18,184 nucleotides of DNA, from NCBI GenBank assembly GCA_031411295.1, contig JANOAV010000067.1, positions 1-18,184 of the forward strand, given 5' to 3'. Positions 8,190-16,882 of the stretch are shown here, in pieces. Position 1 is the first letter of the stretch. Each line of letters starts with the position of its first letter. The position numbers and the translations under genes are program-made. The DNA is from Verrucomicrobiales bacterium. GTDB lineage: Bacteria; Verrucomicrobiota; Verrucomicrobiia; Verrucomicrobiales; V1-33. Below the pieces are notes generated by a model. The model was not told where the DNA came from, searched no databases, and saw only the letters and a list, made by a program, of their open reading frames with translations.

Positions 8190-8319
8190 CGCAGCCGGCA
8201 CCACGGCGTTGCCAAGGATGCCTGCGTAGAGGGCTTGAGCAAGACTTTAGACGAAGCGCTGGCGCTCCGCCAATTCGTTCTGAGCAGATTCCAACAGCGC
8301 AGCTAGCACCACGGCGTTG
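8190..8319. repeat. 22-bp imperfect direct repeat, two copies 108 bp apart
   Basis: CGCAGCCGGCACCACGGCGTTG (8190-8211) and CGCAGCTAGCACCACGGCGTTG (8298-8319), 20/22 identical. Confidence 0.8.
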
Positions 8320-8420
8320 GAAAAATAGCTTTCCAAGAGAGCCCGACGCTTGCTGGTCATGCGGCGGGAGGATTTAGTCCCGAGGACTTGATTGATTGAT
8401 TTGTTGGTTTTTGTTTTCAT
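8247..8420 (-). CDS. Small 57-aa protein (not in ORF track): MKTKTNKSINQVLGTKSSRRMTSKRRALLESYFSNAVVLAALLESAQNELAERQRFV
   Basis: Manually translated from ATG 8420 to TAA 8247. A-rich initial codons, basic N-terminal half, helical C-terminal half. Lies about 80 nt downstream of the start site predicted from a sigma-54 motif and fills an otherwise empty intergenic region. Confidence 0.65.
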   Translation of the reverse strand: MKTKTNKSINQVLGTKSSRRMTSKRRALLESYFSNAVVLAALLESAQNELAERQRFV

Positions 8421-8511
8421 AAGACGATGGTTGGGACGGTTTGGCCGCCTTTTTGTTCAGCTAATTAACTCATGGAGTGGTGTTTGATTAGTTTGATTAT
8501 CGTGGAATTCT

Positions 8512-8528
8512 TGCTTAAACCGTGCCAA
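8512..8528 (-). promoter_or_regulatory. Sigma-54 (RpoN) -24/-12 promoter
   Basis: Minus strand TTGGCACGGTTTAAGCA: perfect TGGCACG -24 box and exact GG-N10-GC spacing (AAGC instead of TTGC at -12), with an AT-rich tract upstream. Predicted +1 near 8501. Confidence 0.7.
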
Positions 8529-8561
8529 TAAGCGCGGCTCGTTGTGAATTTGTTTCTAATT

Positions 8562-8574
8562 GTAACAGAGTTAC
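8562..8574. promoter_or_regulatory. Palindromic candidate regulator site GTAAC-AGA-GTTAC
   Basis: Perfect 5-bp inverted repeat in the AT-rich region about 35 bp upstream of the sigma-54 motif. Confidence 0.3.
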
Positions 8575-8736
8575 TGATTAAAAAGAAGTGAAATATCATC
8601 TTTTCTCAAAATTTTTCTCCCCCATCTTAAATACGAGGGGACAAATTTGCCAATTTCACGAGCAGAGAGGGCGATCGAGGTCTGCGAAACGTGCGGCGCA
8701 TCGTGCCCGCCGCCTTTTGCCTCATCAGCAGGCAGG

Positions 8737-8760
8737 TCCGCCACGAAAGGCGGATTTTTT
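8737..8760 (+). terminator. Intrinsic terminator-like hairpin
   Basis: TCCGCC-ACGAAA-GGCGGA followed by TTTTTT. Confidence 0.5.
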
Positions 8761-8862
8761 GAAACATTGCGCTAAATTTTTCGTAAGCAAACTCTGAAAA
8801 CTGCTGTAGCCTCCGAATGGCGTGGTTGGTAGATCCCGCCGAACTCTTTTGCTGTTATCATT

Positions 8863-11800
8863 ATGAAAATTCACTTCACTCTCTGGACCCTCGCCCTTAG
8901 CTCATTCCTCTCCACGTGCGCCCTGCGAGCGGACGACCTGGAAGCCCAAGCGGAACCAACCTCCGCACCCGGTGTTGTCATCAAATCTCCCAATCAGGGG
9001 CTTGGCAAATCAGCCCCCGTGGAAGTGCGCTTTCCCACCGTAATGGTGCCAGATTCCGCCGTGGGACAATCCGTCGAGGCCGCCACCATCTTGCGAATCG
9101 AACCCTCCCTGGCGGGCAAATTTACTTGGCGCAGTCGCTATAGTGGCACGTTTGACGCCTCGCAAATGCCAGCCCTGGGCACGACCTTCACCGTCAACCT
9201 AGCCGCTGATTTGCGCGATGCCGCCGGCAAGTCCCCCACCCTTCCGGCCGCCGTGACCGTAGCCGGTCCGCAGCTCAAAGTCACCCGAGCCGACCCCGAC
9301 TGGTTTTCCACTGCCGATCGTGAGCCAGTGATTACTCTCTGTTTCAATGACGCCATGGATTTGAGCAGTGTAACGGAGTCAGCCAGTTTCGTGGACAAGA
9401 CCGGCAAAGTGAAAGTGCCTGCGACCGTGAAGGCCGCGCTCAAGAAGGAACTCCCGTCCAATCCGCCTCTGCTGGGCACTTACGCAGAGCAGTGGGCCAA
9501 TGGCGCTAACTTCACCAAGGACCAGCCCGTGCCATCGGCTGTCCGCATTGTGCCAGCCCAACCGCTGCCGCCAGCGGAAGGTTGGAAATTTGTGCTGACC
9601 GCAGGGGCGACTAATCAAGCCAAATCGGCCACCGTAATCCAGCCCATCGTCATGAAGATCGGCACCATCACCCCGATGCAGTTTGTCGAAGCCACCGGCG
9701 AAAGCCCACTGGATGCGCCACGAGAACTACAAATTGTCTTTACCAAAGACTTGCCCAATAAAATTCCTACGGGAACGCTCAAGCGCCTCGTTTCGCTGGA
9801 GCCCCAGCCTGAGGAAATGGAATGGCGGGTGGCCGGCCGCAGTATCTTGATCACAGGGAATTTCGAGATCAAAGTCCCCTATCAAATCAAAATCGCTCCT
9901 GGTGTGGTCTCTCAGGACGGTCTCAAAACTAGCGGGGCCAGCGAAGTGAAAGTCACCTTCCTGCCCCACGAAGCGGGGCTGGCGCTGGCCTCTTTTGCCA
10001 ACACGCAATGGATCGGCGGGAAGCGCCACGTGGGTTTCCAGACCGCCAACCATGACAAGGTGCGGGTGCAAATTAAACGCATCGACCCCGGTGGCATCGT
10101 TTACGCGCTGCGGGCTTATCATAGCTACGAGAACGATCCCTCCAATCAGGGCGGCTACACCCGCATTCCCTACCCTGCCATGACGGGAAAAACCGTCTGG
10201 CAGAAGGATTTTAAGTCTGCCGAAGCAATCGATACCACGGAACAATTCAGCTTCACTTGGGATGAAGCGCTGGGAGGGCAAAAACCCGGAGTTTATTTCG
10301 TGGACCTGCAAGGCCAAGCCAAGGAGGATGTGCCCGGCGGCAGGGTCACCGGGACCCAATCGCTGATTCAGCTAACCGATATCGGATTGGCTTGGAAATT
10401 TACCGAAAGCCATGCCACCGTATTCGCCTTCAGCCACAGCACTGGAGCGGCCCTGAAGGACATCCAGATCGCCACCTTCGATGACGACGCCAATCCGCTC
10501 GATAACCAAACCACGAACATCAGCGGCCTGGCCACCCTGAACGTGGCAGCTAACAGTAGATGGCTGGTGGCCGTAGGTAACCAAGATTGGCACGGCATTC
10601 CCTTCGGGAGGCGCATGCCCCACCTCAATATGTGGGATTTCGACGTCAACTACAGTGGCATAGGCGACAGCCCCAGCAAGGTCAGAGACACATTGGTATT
10701 TTCCGACCGCCCCGTTTACCAACCGGGGGATTCCGTGTTCTTCAAGGCCATCACCCGTCAGCACACTCCTGAGGGCCTAAGTCTTCATGCGAACAAGAGC
10801 GGACGCCTGCGCGCCTATGATCTTAACCAACAACTTTTCCTGGAGAAAATGATTACCGTTTCCGATACGGGAACGTATGCCGATGTCATTAAGCTGCCCG
10901 CCAACGGCGTGGGATCCTATCACATCGAAATCGATTTCTTCAAATCCCCGGAACAGCTCAAGCAGGAAGCCGAAGCCCGCGCCAAGCGCAAACTCGAGCA
11001 GCCAGAAGACGAGAGCGCAGAGGAATCTGATGATGCCGAAGCCTCGGCTGGCGAGGAAGGCACCGACGAAGACAGCCCCGCCCCAGACAAGGATCAACCT
11101 CGCATCGAATCCTCTGTGTCCCACTATTTCCTGGTCCAGGAATACCAACCCAACGCGTTCAAACTAGCTTTCGATGAAGGCGCCCTCAAGGCTGAGGGCG
11201 AGACCCTCCAAGTGCCGCTGAAGGCCGCTTACTTCATGGGCAAAGCGCTGAGCGATGCCACTGCCAAATGGTCCTCGACCCTGAGTCAGCAAAATTTCTC
11301 CGCCGAAAAATTCGGTGACTACGAGTTCTGCCAAGCGCGTTCCTATCGCGTGTATGATGGCGAGGACTGGCAGGAAGTGGATCGGGAGTTGTGGCACACG
11401 CCGCTCACCACTGGCCAGGGGGAACTGAAATTGTCCGCCAAAGGGACCGCCCTGGTGCCTGCGGGCGTGCCCAAGAGTTTCGGGGTCATCGGGCCAAAGC
11501 AGTTGCAGGTGGAAGCGGAAATCACCGACCTCAACCAGCAGACCATTGCCGGAACCATGACCCACACGCTGCATTCCTCCGAGTTCTATGTCGGCGTGCG
11601 GAAATCTCAAAACGCCTATTATGTCAACACGGAGATCCCCGTGGAAATGGTGGCGGTCAATCACGAGGGCAAACGCGTCCCCAATCCCGTGCCAGCCAAG
11701 ATGCTAGTCGAGCGACTGGTCTGGAACGAAGTGAAAGTGCAGACGGCGGGCGGCGGCACTGACATCCGCCACGATCTCACTTACGAGAAGGTCTCCGAAA

Positions 11801-14706
11801 CCGAAATCACGCTGGCTCCAGAGGTCAGCAAGGAAGAGGTCGCCAAGCTGAAATTGGCCAAGGCAGGGACGTATAATGTGACCGTGAACGCCACGGATGC
11901 TGCCGGTGCCAAAGTGCAAACGGTGGTCAGCTTCGATCTCTACGGCCGCAGCGAAACCGAAGGCGCGTGGGCCCAACGTGAAGGCATTCGCATCGATCTC
12001 ACGGCCGACAAAGATAGCTACAAAGCGGGGGATGTCGCCAAAGTCATCGTGAAATCACCATTTAAAGGCACGGCTCTGATCACCGTGGAGCGGGAGAAAG
12101 TGCTCAAATCCTGGTTGGTAGAAGTGGATGGCAAAGGTGGCGCAGTCGAGGTTCCCATTGATGAAGCCTTCGCTCCCAACTGCTTCGTTTCCGTGCTCCA
12201 AGTGCGCGGCGGCACGGATGATCCACGTGATTTCAAGCAACCGGACTATCGCTTCGGAGTCTGTGCGCTGACGGTTGAAAGCCATCAGCACGACCTGATC
12301 GTAACGGTGCAACCGGAGATTCCAGACGTGCGTCCGGGAGCCCCAGTGAACGTTACCACGGTAGTGCGGGATGCCGCCGGCAAGCCTGTCGCCAATGCCG
12401 AAGTGGCACTCTGGGCGGCGGATGAGGGCATCCTGAGTTTGGTGGGATATCAAATGCCGGAAGTAGCCGGAGTCTTCCACTACGCCCAGCCGCTGCGGGT
12501 CACCACCGGCACCTCGCTGGATAAATTGTTGCCGGAAAACCCGGAAGAGCGCGACTATGCCAACAAGGGATTTGTCGTTGGTGGTGGAGGCGAAGACGGT
12601 GCCAATGCGGAGGCGATGCGGAAAAATTTCCAAGCCTTGGCCTTCTGGAACGCAAATTTGAAAACAGATGCCGAAGGAAAAGTAACAGTGAGTTTCAAAG
12701 CTCCCGACAACCTGACGCAGTATCGCCTCCAAGCCATCGTCAACGAAGGAGTGACCCGGTTTGGGAGCGGAGAGAGCCAGTTTAAAGTCAACAAGCCACT
12801 GATGCTGGAGCCGTCCCTGCCGCGCTTCGCCAATGTGGGTGACGAAGTCATGCTGAAGGCAGTGCTGCATAACACCTCCACCGTGGCCGGTGATATCGAA
12901 ATCAAGCTGACGCTGGATGACCATCTGGAATTAACCAGCGGCGGCACCACCGCCAGCAAGACGCTGACCTTGGCCGCTGGTCAAAGTAAGTCCACCCTGT
13001 TTCCCGTGAAATTCACGCAAACCGGCAACGCCATCCTTAAATGGGCCGCCACCGGGCTTGATGCCGCCAAGGATCTGAAAGACTCCGTGCAGAGTGAACT
13101 GGCGGTCGGCACCACCGAACCACTCCTGCGTGATCTGCGTTTCCTCAATGTAGGCGAGAACGGAGCCGGGAAGAATTTACTCGGAACCATGAGTCCGGAA
13201 CTGCTGGATGCTCCGGCCACGATCAAGTTAGTTTTATCCAACAACCGCCTCGTTGAAGGAGCCGAAGCCATTGAGCAACTGCTGCACTATCCTTACGGCT
13301 GCGTGGAGCAAACCACCTCCGCCATGCTCCCCTGGCTGGCCATCAAGGACCTGCGCAAGGCGGTTCCTTCCTTGGATAAGACGGATGAAGAAATCGCCAA
13401 AGTTGTCCAAAAAGGCGTGGATCGCCTGCTCTCCATGCAAACACGCTCCGGCGGCCTCTCCTACTGGCCCGGGGGCAACGATCCCATGGTCTGGGCCAGC
13501 GCCCAAGGCGGCATGGGCCTGATCCTCGCCAGCAAAGCGGGAGCCAACGTGCCCCCGGCCCGACTCGCCAGTCTTCTGCGCTACTTGAGCAAATCTTTGC
13601 GCTCGGAACGGAAAGATTTGCAGGCGTTCGAGACCATGGAGCAGGCCTTTGCTTGCTATACCCTAGCGCTTGGGGGCAAACCCGAGGCGGCCTATCACGA
13701 GGTCTTGTTCCAGAAGCGCGCGGAACTTTCCAGCTCCGCTTGCGCCCTGCTGGCGCTGGCCATCACCGAAGCCGTCGGCCCACCAGAAATGGCCACCACC
13801 CTGCTTAACGATCCCGCCAAGGCAAAACCATGGCTCTGGCTGGGCTCCGAGAGCGAGCAAGCCATGCGCACGCTCGCTTGGATGAAATTGAATAACCAAA
13901 CCAAAGCCAGTGCCGCCTTGGAGAAATTGCTCGATCATCGCGCTCCCCGTGGGGATTGGAAGAACACCTTTAACAACGGCTGGGTCGTCCAAGCCCTGGC
14001 GGCCCAAGCTCGCAGCCAAGTCCCCTGGGATCCCAACACCCCAGCAGTGCTCGCGTTCAATGGCAAGGACCAGAATGTCACCTTCGGACCGGGACCCGCC
14101 AGCCAATCACTGACCTTTACGACCAAGGGTGGTGGTGCGCTGCCCACCCTCAGCATCAAAGTCCCCACCGGGCTCCGGCTCTATGGACGGGTGGAAATTT
14201 CCGCTCGCGCCACTAAGAATTTGGATCAAGGCCGGGCCGCCGGCTTTGCGCTGGCGCGCACTTACCAGAAGGTCGATACCAAGGGAGCGCCCGCCGCCAA
14301 CGAACCTCTCCGCGTGGGTGATTTGGTCTTGGTAAACCTCGCAGTCGATGTGCCTGGTGACAGCGAGTATTTGGCGATCGACGATCCCCTTCCCGCCACC
14401 CTCGAAGGCGTCAACCCCGCCTTCCAAACCATGGCCGCCAACCCCGTGCCAGGAGCCACCACCCGCTCGTGGTGGTCCTATGACCATCAAGAAATGCGCC
14501 GGGATCGGGTGCTCTATTTCCGCAATGAATTCACTGGCAGCGGTCGCTTCCAACTGCAATACCTTGCCCGCGTCATTGCCGAAGGGAAAGTAACCGCCCC
14601 TGCTGGTCGCATCGAAGCCATGTATGATCCCGCCCAATTCGGTCTCAGTCCTGCCACCACCCTAACCACGTTGGCGGGGGATGATGATGAGGTCGTCACG
14701 AAGTAA
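8863..14706 (+). CDS. Bacterial alpha-2-macroglobulin (YfhM-like) with N-terminal Ig-like domains
   Basis: 1947 aa with signal peptide; FSDRPVYQPGD (MG2), VQEYQP, ALWAADEGILSL, RKNF...AFW, PDNLTQYR, PSLPRF; thioester motif YPYGCVEQTTS; C-terminal DDPLPATLE and EAMYDP. Confidence 0.96.
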   Translation: MKIHFTLWTLALSSFLSTCALRADDLEAQAEPTSAPGVVIKSPNQGLGKSAPVEVRFPTVMVPDSAVGQSVEAATILRIEPSLAGKFTWRSRYSGTFDASQMPALGTTFTVNLAADLRDAAGKSPTLPAAVTVAGPQLKVTRADPDWFSTADREPVITLCFNDAMDLSSVTESASFVDKTGKVKVPATVKAALKKELPSNPPLLGTYAEQWANGANFTKDQPVPSAVRIVPAQPLPPAEGWKFVLTAGATNQAKSATVIQPIVMKIGTITPMQFVEATGESPLDAPRELQIVFTKDLPNKIPTGTLKRLVSLEPQPEEMEWRVAGRSILITGNFEIKVPYQIKIAPGVVSQDGLKTSGASEVKVTFLPHEAGLALASFANTQWIGGKRHVGFQTANHDKVRVQIKRIDPGGIVYALRAYHSYENDPSNQGGYTRIPYPAMTGKTVWQKDFKSAEAIDTTEQFSFTWDEALGGQKPGVYFVDLQGQAKEDVPGGRVTGTQSLIQLTDIGLAWKFTESHATVFAFSHSTGAALKDIQIATFDDDANPLDNQTTNISGLATLNVAANSRWLVAVGNQDWHGIPFGRRMPHLNMWDFDVNYSGIGDSPSKVRDTLVFSDRPVYQPGDSVFFKAITRQHTPEGLSLHANKSGRLRAYDLNQQLFLEKMITVSDTGTYADVIKLPANGVGSYHIEIDFFKSPEQLKQEAEARAKRKLEQPEDESAEESDDAEASAGEEGTDEDSPAPDKDQPRIESSVSHYFLVQEYQPNAFKLAFDEGALKAEGETLQVPLKAAYFMGKALSDATAKWSSTLSQQNFSAEKFGDYEFCQARSYRVYDGEDWQEVDRELWHTPLTTGQGELKLSAKGTALVPAGVPKSFGVIGPKQLQVEAEITDLNQQTIAGTMTHTLHSSEFYVGVRKSQNAYYVNTEIPVEMVAVNHEGKRVPNPVPAKMLVERLVWNEVKVQTAGGGTDIRHDLTYEKVSETEITLAPEVSKEEVAKLKLAKAGTYNVTVNATDAAGAKVQTVVSFDLYGRSETEGAWAQREGIRIDLTADKDSYKAGDVAKVIVKSPFKGTALITVEREKVLKSWLVEVDGKGGAVEVPIDEAFAPNCFVSVLQVRGGTDDPRDFKQPDYRFGVCALTVESHQHDLIVTVQPEIPDVRPGAPVNVTTVVRDAAGKPVANAEVALWAADEGILSLVGYQMPEVAGVFHYAQPLRVTTGTSLDKLLPENPEERDYANKGFVVGGGGEDGANAEAMRKNFQALAFWNANLKTDAEGKVTVSFKAPDNLTQYRLQAIVNEGVTRFGSGESQFKVNKPLMLEPSLPRFANVGDEVMLKAVLHNTSTVAGDIEIKLTLDDHLELTSGGTTASKTLTLAAGQSKSTLFPVKFTQTGNAILKWAATGLDAAKDLKDSVQSELAVGTTEPLLRDLRFLNVGENGAGKNLLGTMSPELLDAPATIKLVLSNNRLVEGAEAIEQLLHYPYGCVEQTTSAMLPWLAIKDLRKAVPSLDKTDEEIAKVVQKGVDRLLSMQTRSGGLSYWPGGNDPMVWASAQGGMGLILASKAGANVPPARLASLLRYLSKSLRSERKDLQAFETMEQAFACYTLALGGKPEAAYHEVLFQKRAELSSSACALLALAITEAVGPPEMATTLLNDPAKAKPWLWLGSESEQAMRTLAWMKLNNQTKASAALEKLLDHRAPRGDWKNTFNNGWVVQALAAQARSQVPWDPNTPAVLAFNGKDQNVTFGPGPASQSLTFTTKGGGALPTLSIKVPTGLRLYGRVEISARATKNLDQGRAAGFALARTYQKVDTKGAPAANEPLRVGDLVLVNLAVDVPGDSEYLAIDDPLPATLEGVNPAFQTMAANPVPGATTRSWWSYDHQEMRRDRVLYFRNEFTGSGRFQLQYLARVIAEGKVTAPAGRIEAMYDPAQFGLSPATTLTTLAGDDDEVVTK

Positions 14707-14733
14707 TTGGCTGCGGCAACCTAAACGGTCGGC

Positions 14734-15486
14734 CTACACGGACTGATAAAATTTCCCCAACTCACTCAATTCCCCAGTCTCCGTCCAGAGTGATCCGGGC
14801 TTGCCCTTACCCGGGGTGAAATAGGCATATCGGTCCACAAATTTCAGCCGCTCCATGGAGCGCACCACGTCCTTCAGGAAACGTTCGTGCGTGCGCTCAT
14901 CTCCGCTGGCCGCATTGAATTCTGTGATCCAGAGCGGCAATTTATACTTGCGATTCATCTCCTTGAGCCATCCCTCAAAGTCGCCACTCTGGTTGCTCCG
15001 ATACCAATGCAGTGCCAGGAAATCGATCCGATACTTCTTTTTCTTCGCTTCTGTCATAAACTCCTCCAGCCACTTCATACCTTTACCATCTGAAGAAGGT
15101 GCGGGGCTGCCCAAGGGCAACCCGATGGCCTCCAACTTTGGCCAAAGCTCCAGTGCCGCAGCTACCGAGAGATTGCCCTGATCCTTGCGCTCAGGCTCAT
15201 TGAAGCCCAGCACATACTTGGCTTTTTTCTCCAGCGCCATTTTCGTGACCCCTTCAAACAAGCCCGGCCGAAAGTGCGGCGTGCCTTTAATCATGGGCAC
15301 GAACTCCACGCCCGGTTCACTCTTGCCGGTGGCCCCCCAGTTGTAACTCCAGACCGCATTCAGCTTCTGCGCCTGTTCAATGTTCATGCAGCAATAGCCT
15401 TTCTTAACCGATTTGGCCTCTGCCGCCTGGGCAAGATGGGCCGACGCAGCTAAGGTGGCGGAAGTGAGAAAGTGACGACGATTCAT
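14734..15486 (-). CDS. Tat-exported glycoside hydrolase, GH128 / Glyco_hydro_cc-like (putative beta-1,3-glucanase)
   Basis: Start reassigned to MNRRHFL (twin-arginine signal, AQA cleavage); WSYNW, EFVPM, LGFNEPE (acid/base Glu), DFLALHWY, PLWITEF (nucleophile Glu), VDRYAYF. Confidence 0.88.
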   Translation of the reverse strand: MNRRHFLTSATLAASAHLAQAAEAKSVKKGYCCMNIEQAQKLNAVWSYNWGATGKSEPGVEFVPMIKGTPHFRPGLFEGVTKMALEKKAKYVLGFNEPERKDQGNLSVAAALELWPKLEAIGLPLGSPAPSSDGKGMKWLEEFMTEAKKKKYRIDFLALHWYRSNQSGDFEGWLKEMNRKYKLPLWITEFNAASGDERTHERFLKDVVRSMERLKFVDRYAYFTPGKGKPGSLWTETGELSELGKFYQSV

Positions 15487-15584
15487 GACTCCCCAATTGC
15501 CAGCGAAAAGTAGATGCTGCAAGCCCGGGAATTTTGCGGAACAAATTCCGCTGGCAACCTCCATTCCGGCCATTACTCATCACC

Positions 15585-16787
15585 ATGATTTTCTCCCTCG
15601 CATCCCGGATCCTCGGCACCGTAGATCCCCGACTCATGGCAAAACTCGCCTGGAACTTTGGCTTCAAAGGCGCACGCAGCGTCATGCTCTTCAAGCAACG
15701 CCTCAAGCGAGGTGAAGTCTTCCCAGCTTTTCTCTACCTCAGCATCATCAACTCCTGCAATCTCCGCTGCCAGGGCTGCTGGGTAGATGTCACCGCCCCA
15801 CGCAATCTCATTTCCCTGGACGAACTCAATCGCCTGGTCAATGACGCCCGGGAGCACGGGAATAGTTTCTTCGGCATCCTCGGAGGCGAACCCTTCCTGC
15901 ATCCGCACTTGCTGGATTTCCTGGCCCAGCATCCTGACTGCTATTTCCAGGTCTTCACCAACGGGCAAATGATCACGGAGAAAGTGGCCAAACAATTGCG
16001 CCAGTTAGGCAACGTCACTCCGCTGATCAGCATCGAAGGCACCGAAGAAGTTAGCAATCTGCGGCGGGGTAACAAAGACGTGCTCACGCGCACCCTCAAA
16101 GGCTTGCGCAATTGCCTGGATCAAAAGCTCCTCACCGGAGTGGCCACCAGTCTTTGCCAAACGAACATTGACGATCTGCTCACCGAAGCCTGGTTGCAAA
16201 AACTCATCGGCTGGGGCGTCCACTATGCATGGTATCACACCTACCGCCCGGTTGGCCCAAACATTTCCCAGGACCTCGCGCTGCGGCCCGATCAACTTGT
16301 TAGGATTCGAGAATTCGTCACCACCATGCGCGCGAAACTCCCCATTGCCCTAATCGATGCCTATTACGATGACAAAGGTCAGGCCCTCTGTCCCATGGCC
16401 ACCGGCATCTCCCACCACATCAGCCCCGGCGGCCACGTGGAACCCTGCCCCATCATCCAATTCGCCAAAGAAAACATCACCGAAAAACGCGGCATCTACG
16501 ACGTCCTGACCAAATCCGCCTTCCTCAAAGATTTCCGCGAAATCACCGCCCAACACACCCGCGGCTGCATCGTGCTGGAGCGCCCGGACTTGGTCAAACA
16601 ACTCGCCCTCAAACATGGCGCACTCGATACCACCCAGCGGGGCACCGCCATGGCAGAACTGGACTCCATGATCCCCCGCACTAGCCAACACCTCCCCGGC
16701 CACGAAATCCCTGAGAAACATTGGATGTATCGCCTCGCCAAAAAATACTTCTTCAACGACTTCGGCGTTTATGACCGCAAAGGGTAG
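15585..16787 (+). CDS. Radical SAM protein with C-terminal SPASM/Twitch-like Cys motif, function unknown
   Basis: CNLRCQGC (CxxxCxxC), ILGGEP, FTNG, ISIEG; C-terminal CP-x13-EPCP...GC. Start placed at ATG 15585 (MIFSLA). Confidence 0.9.
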   Translation: MIFSLASRILGTVDPRLMAKLAWNFGFKGARSVMLFKQRLKRGEVFPAFLYLSIINSCNLRCQGCWVDVTAPRNLISLDELNRLVNDAREHGNSFFGILGGEPFLHPHLLDFLAQHPDCYFQVFTNGQMITEKVAKQLRQLGNVTPLISIEGTEEVSNLRRGNKDVLTRTLKGLRNCLDQKLLTGVATSLCQTNIDDLLTEAWLQKLIGWGVHYAWYHTYRPVGPNISQDLALRPDQLVRIREFVTTMRAKLPIALIDAYYDDKGQALCPMATGISHHISPGGHVEPCPIIQFAKENITEKRGIYDVLTKSAFLKDFREITAQHTRGCIVLERPDLVKQLALKHGALDTTQRGTAMAELDSMIPRTSQHLPGHEIPEKHWMYRLAKKYFFNDFGVYDRKG

Positions 16788-16794
16788 CGCCCCC

Positions 16795-16813
16795 CATCCC
16801 TACGTTAGGGATG
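16795..16813. terminator. Perfect hairpin between convergent genes (terminator or REP-like)
   Basis: CATCCCTA-CGT-TAGGGATG, 7 nt after the radical SAM stop codon; no U-tract. Confidence 0.4.
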
Positions 16814-16882
16814 CGAACGCACCAGCTGTTAATTGATTCAAGAGAACCAGCCTAAAGCTACCCTGGCGTAGGTGGCCTCCGC

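Noticed and set aside
8588..8797. 69-aa plus-strand ORF
   Set aside because: GTG start in an AT-rich regulatory tract, runs through a terminator-like hairpin, and has no protein-like features.
15487..15584. Longer ORF-track starts for the GH128-like gene (15573) and the radical SAM gene (15534)
   Set aside because: They would overlap head-to-head; the Tat signal at 15486 and the ATG at 15585 give cleaner starts.
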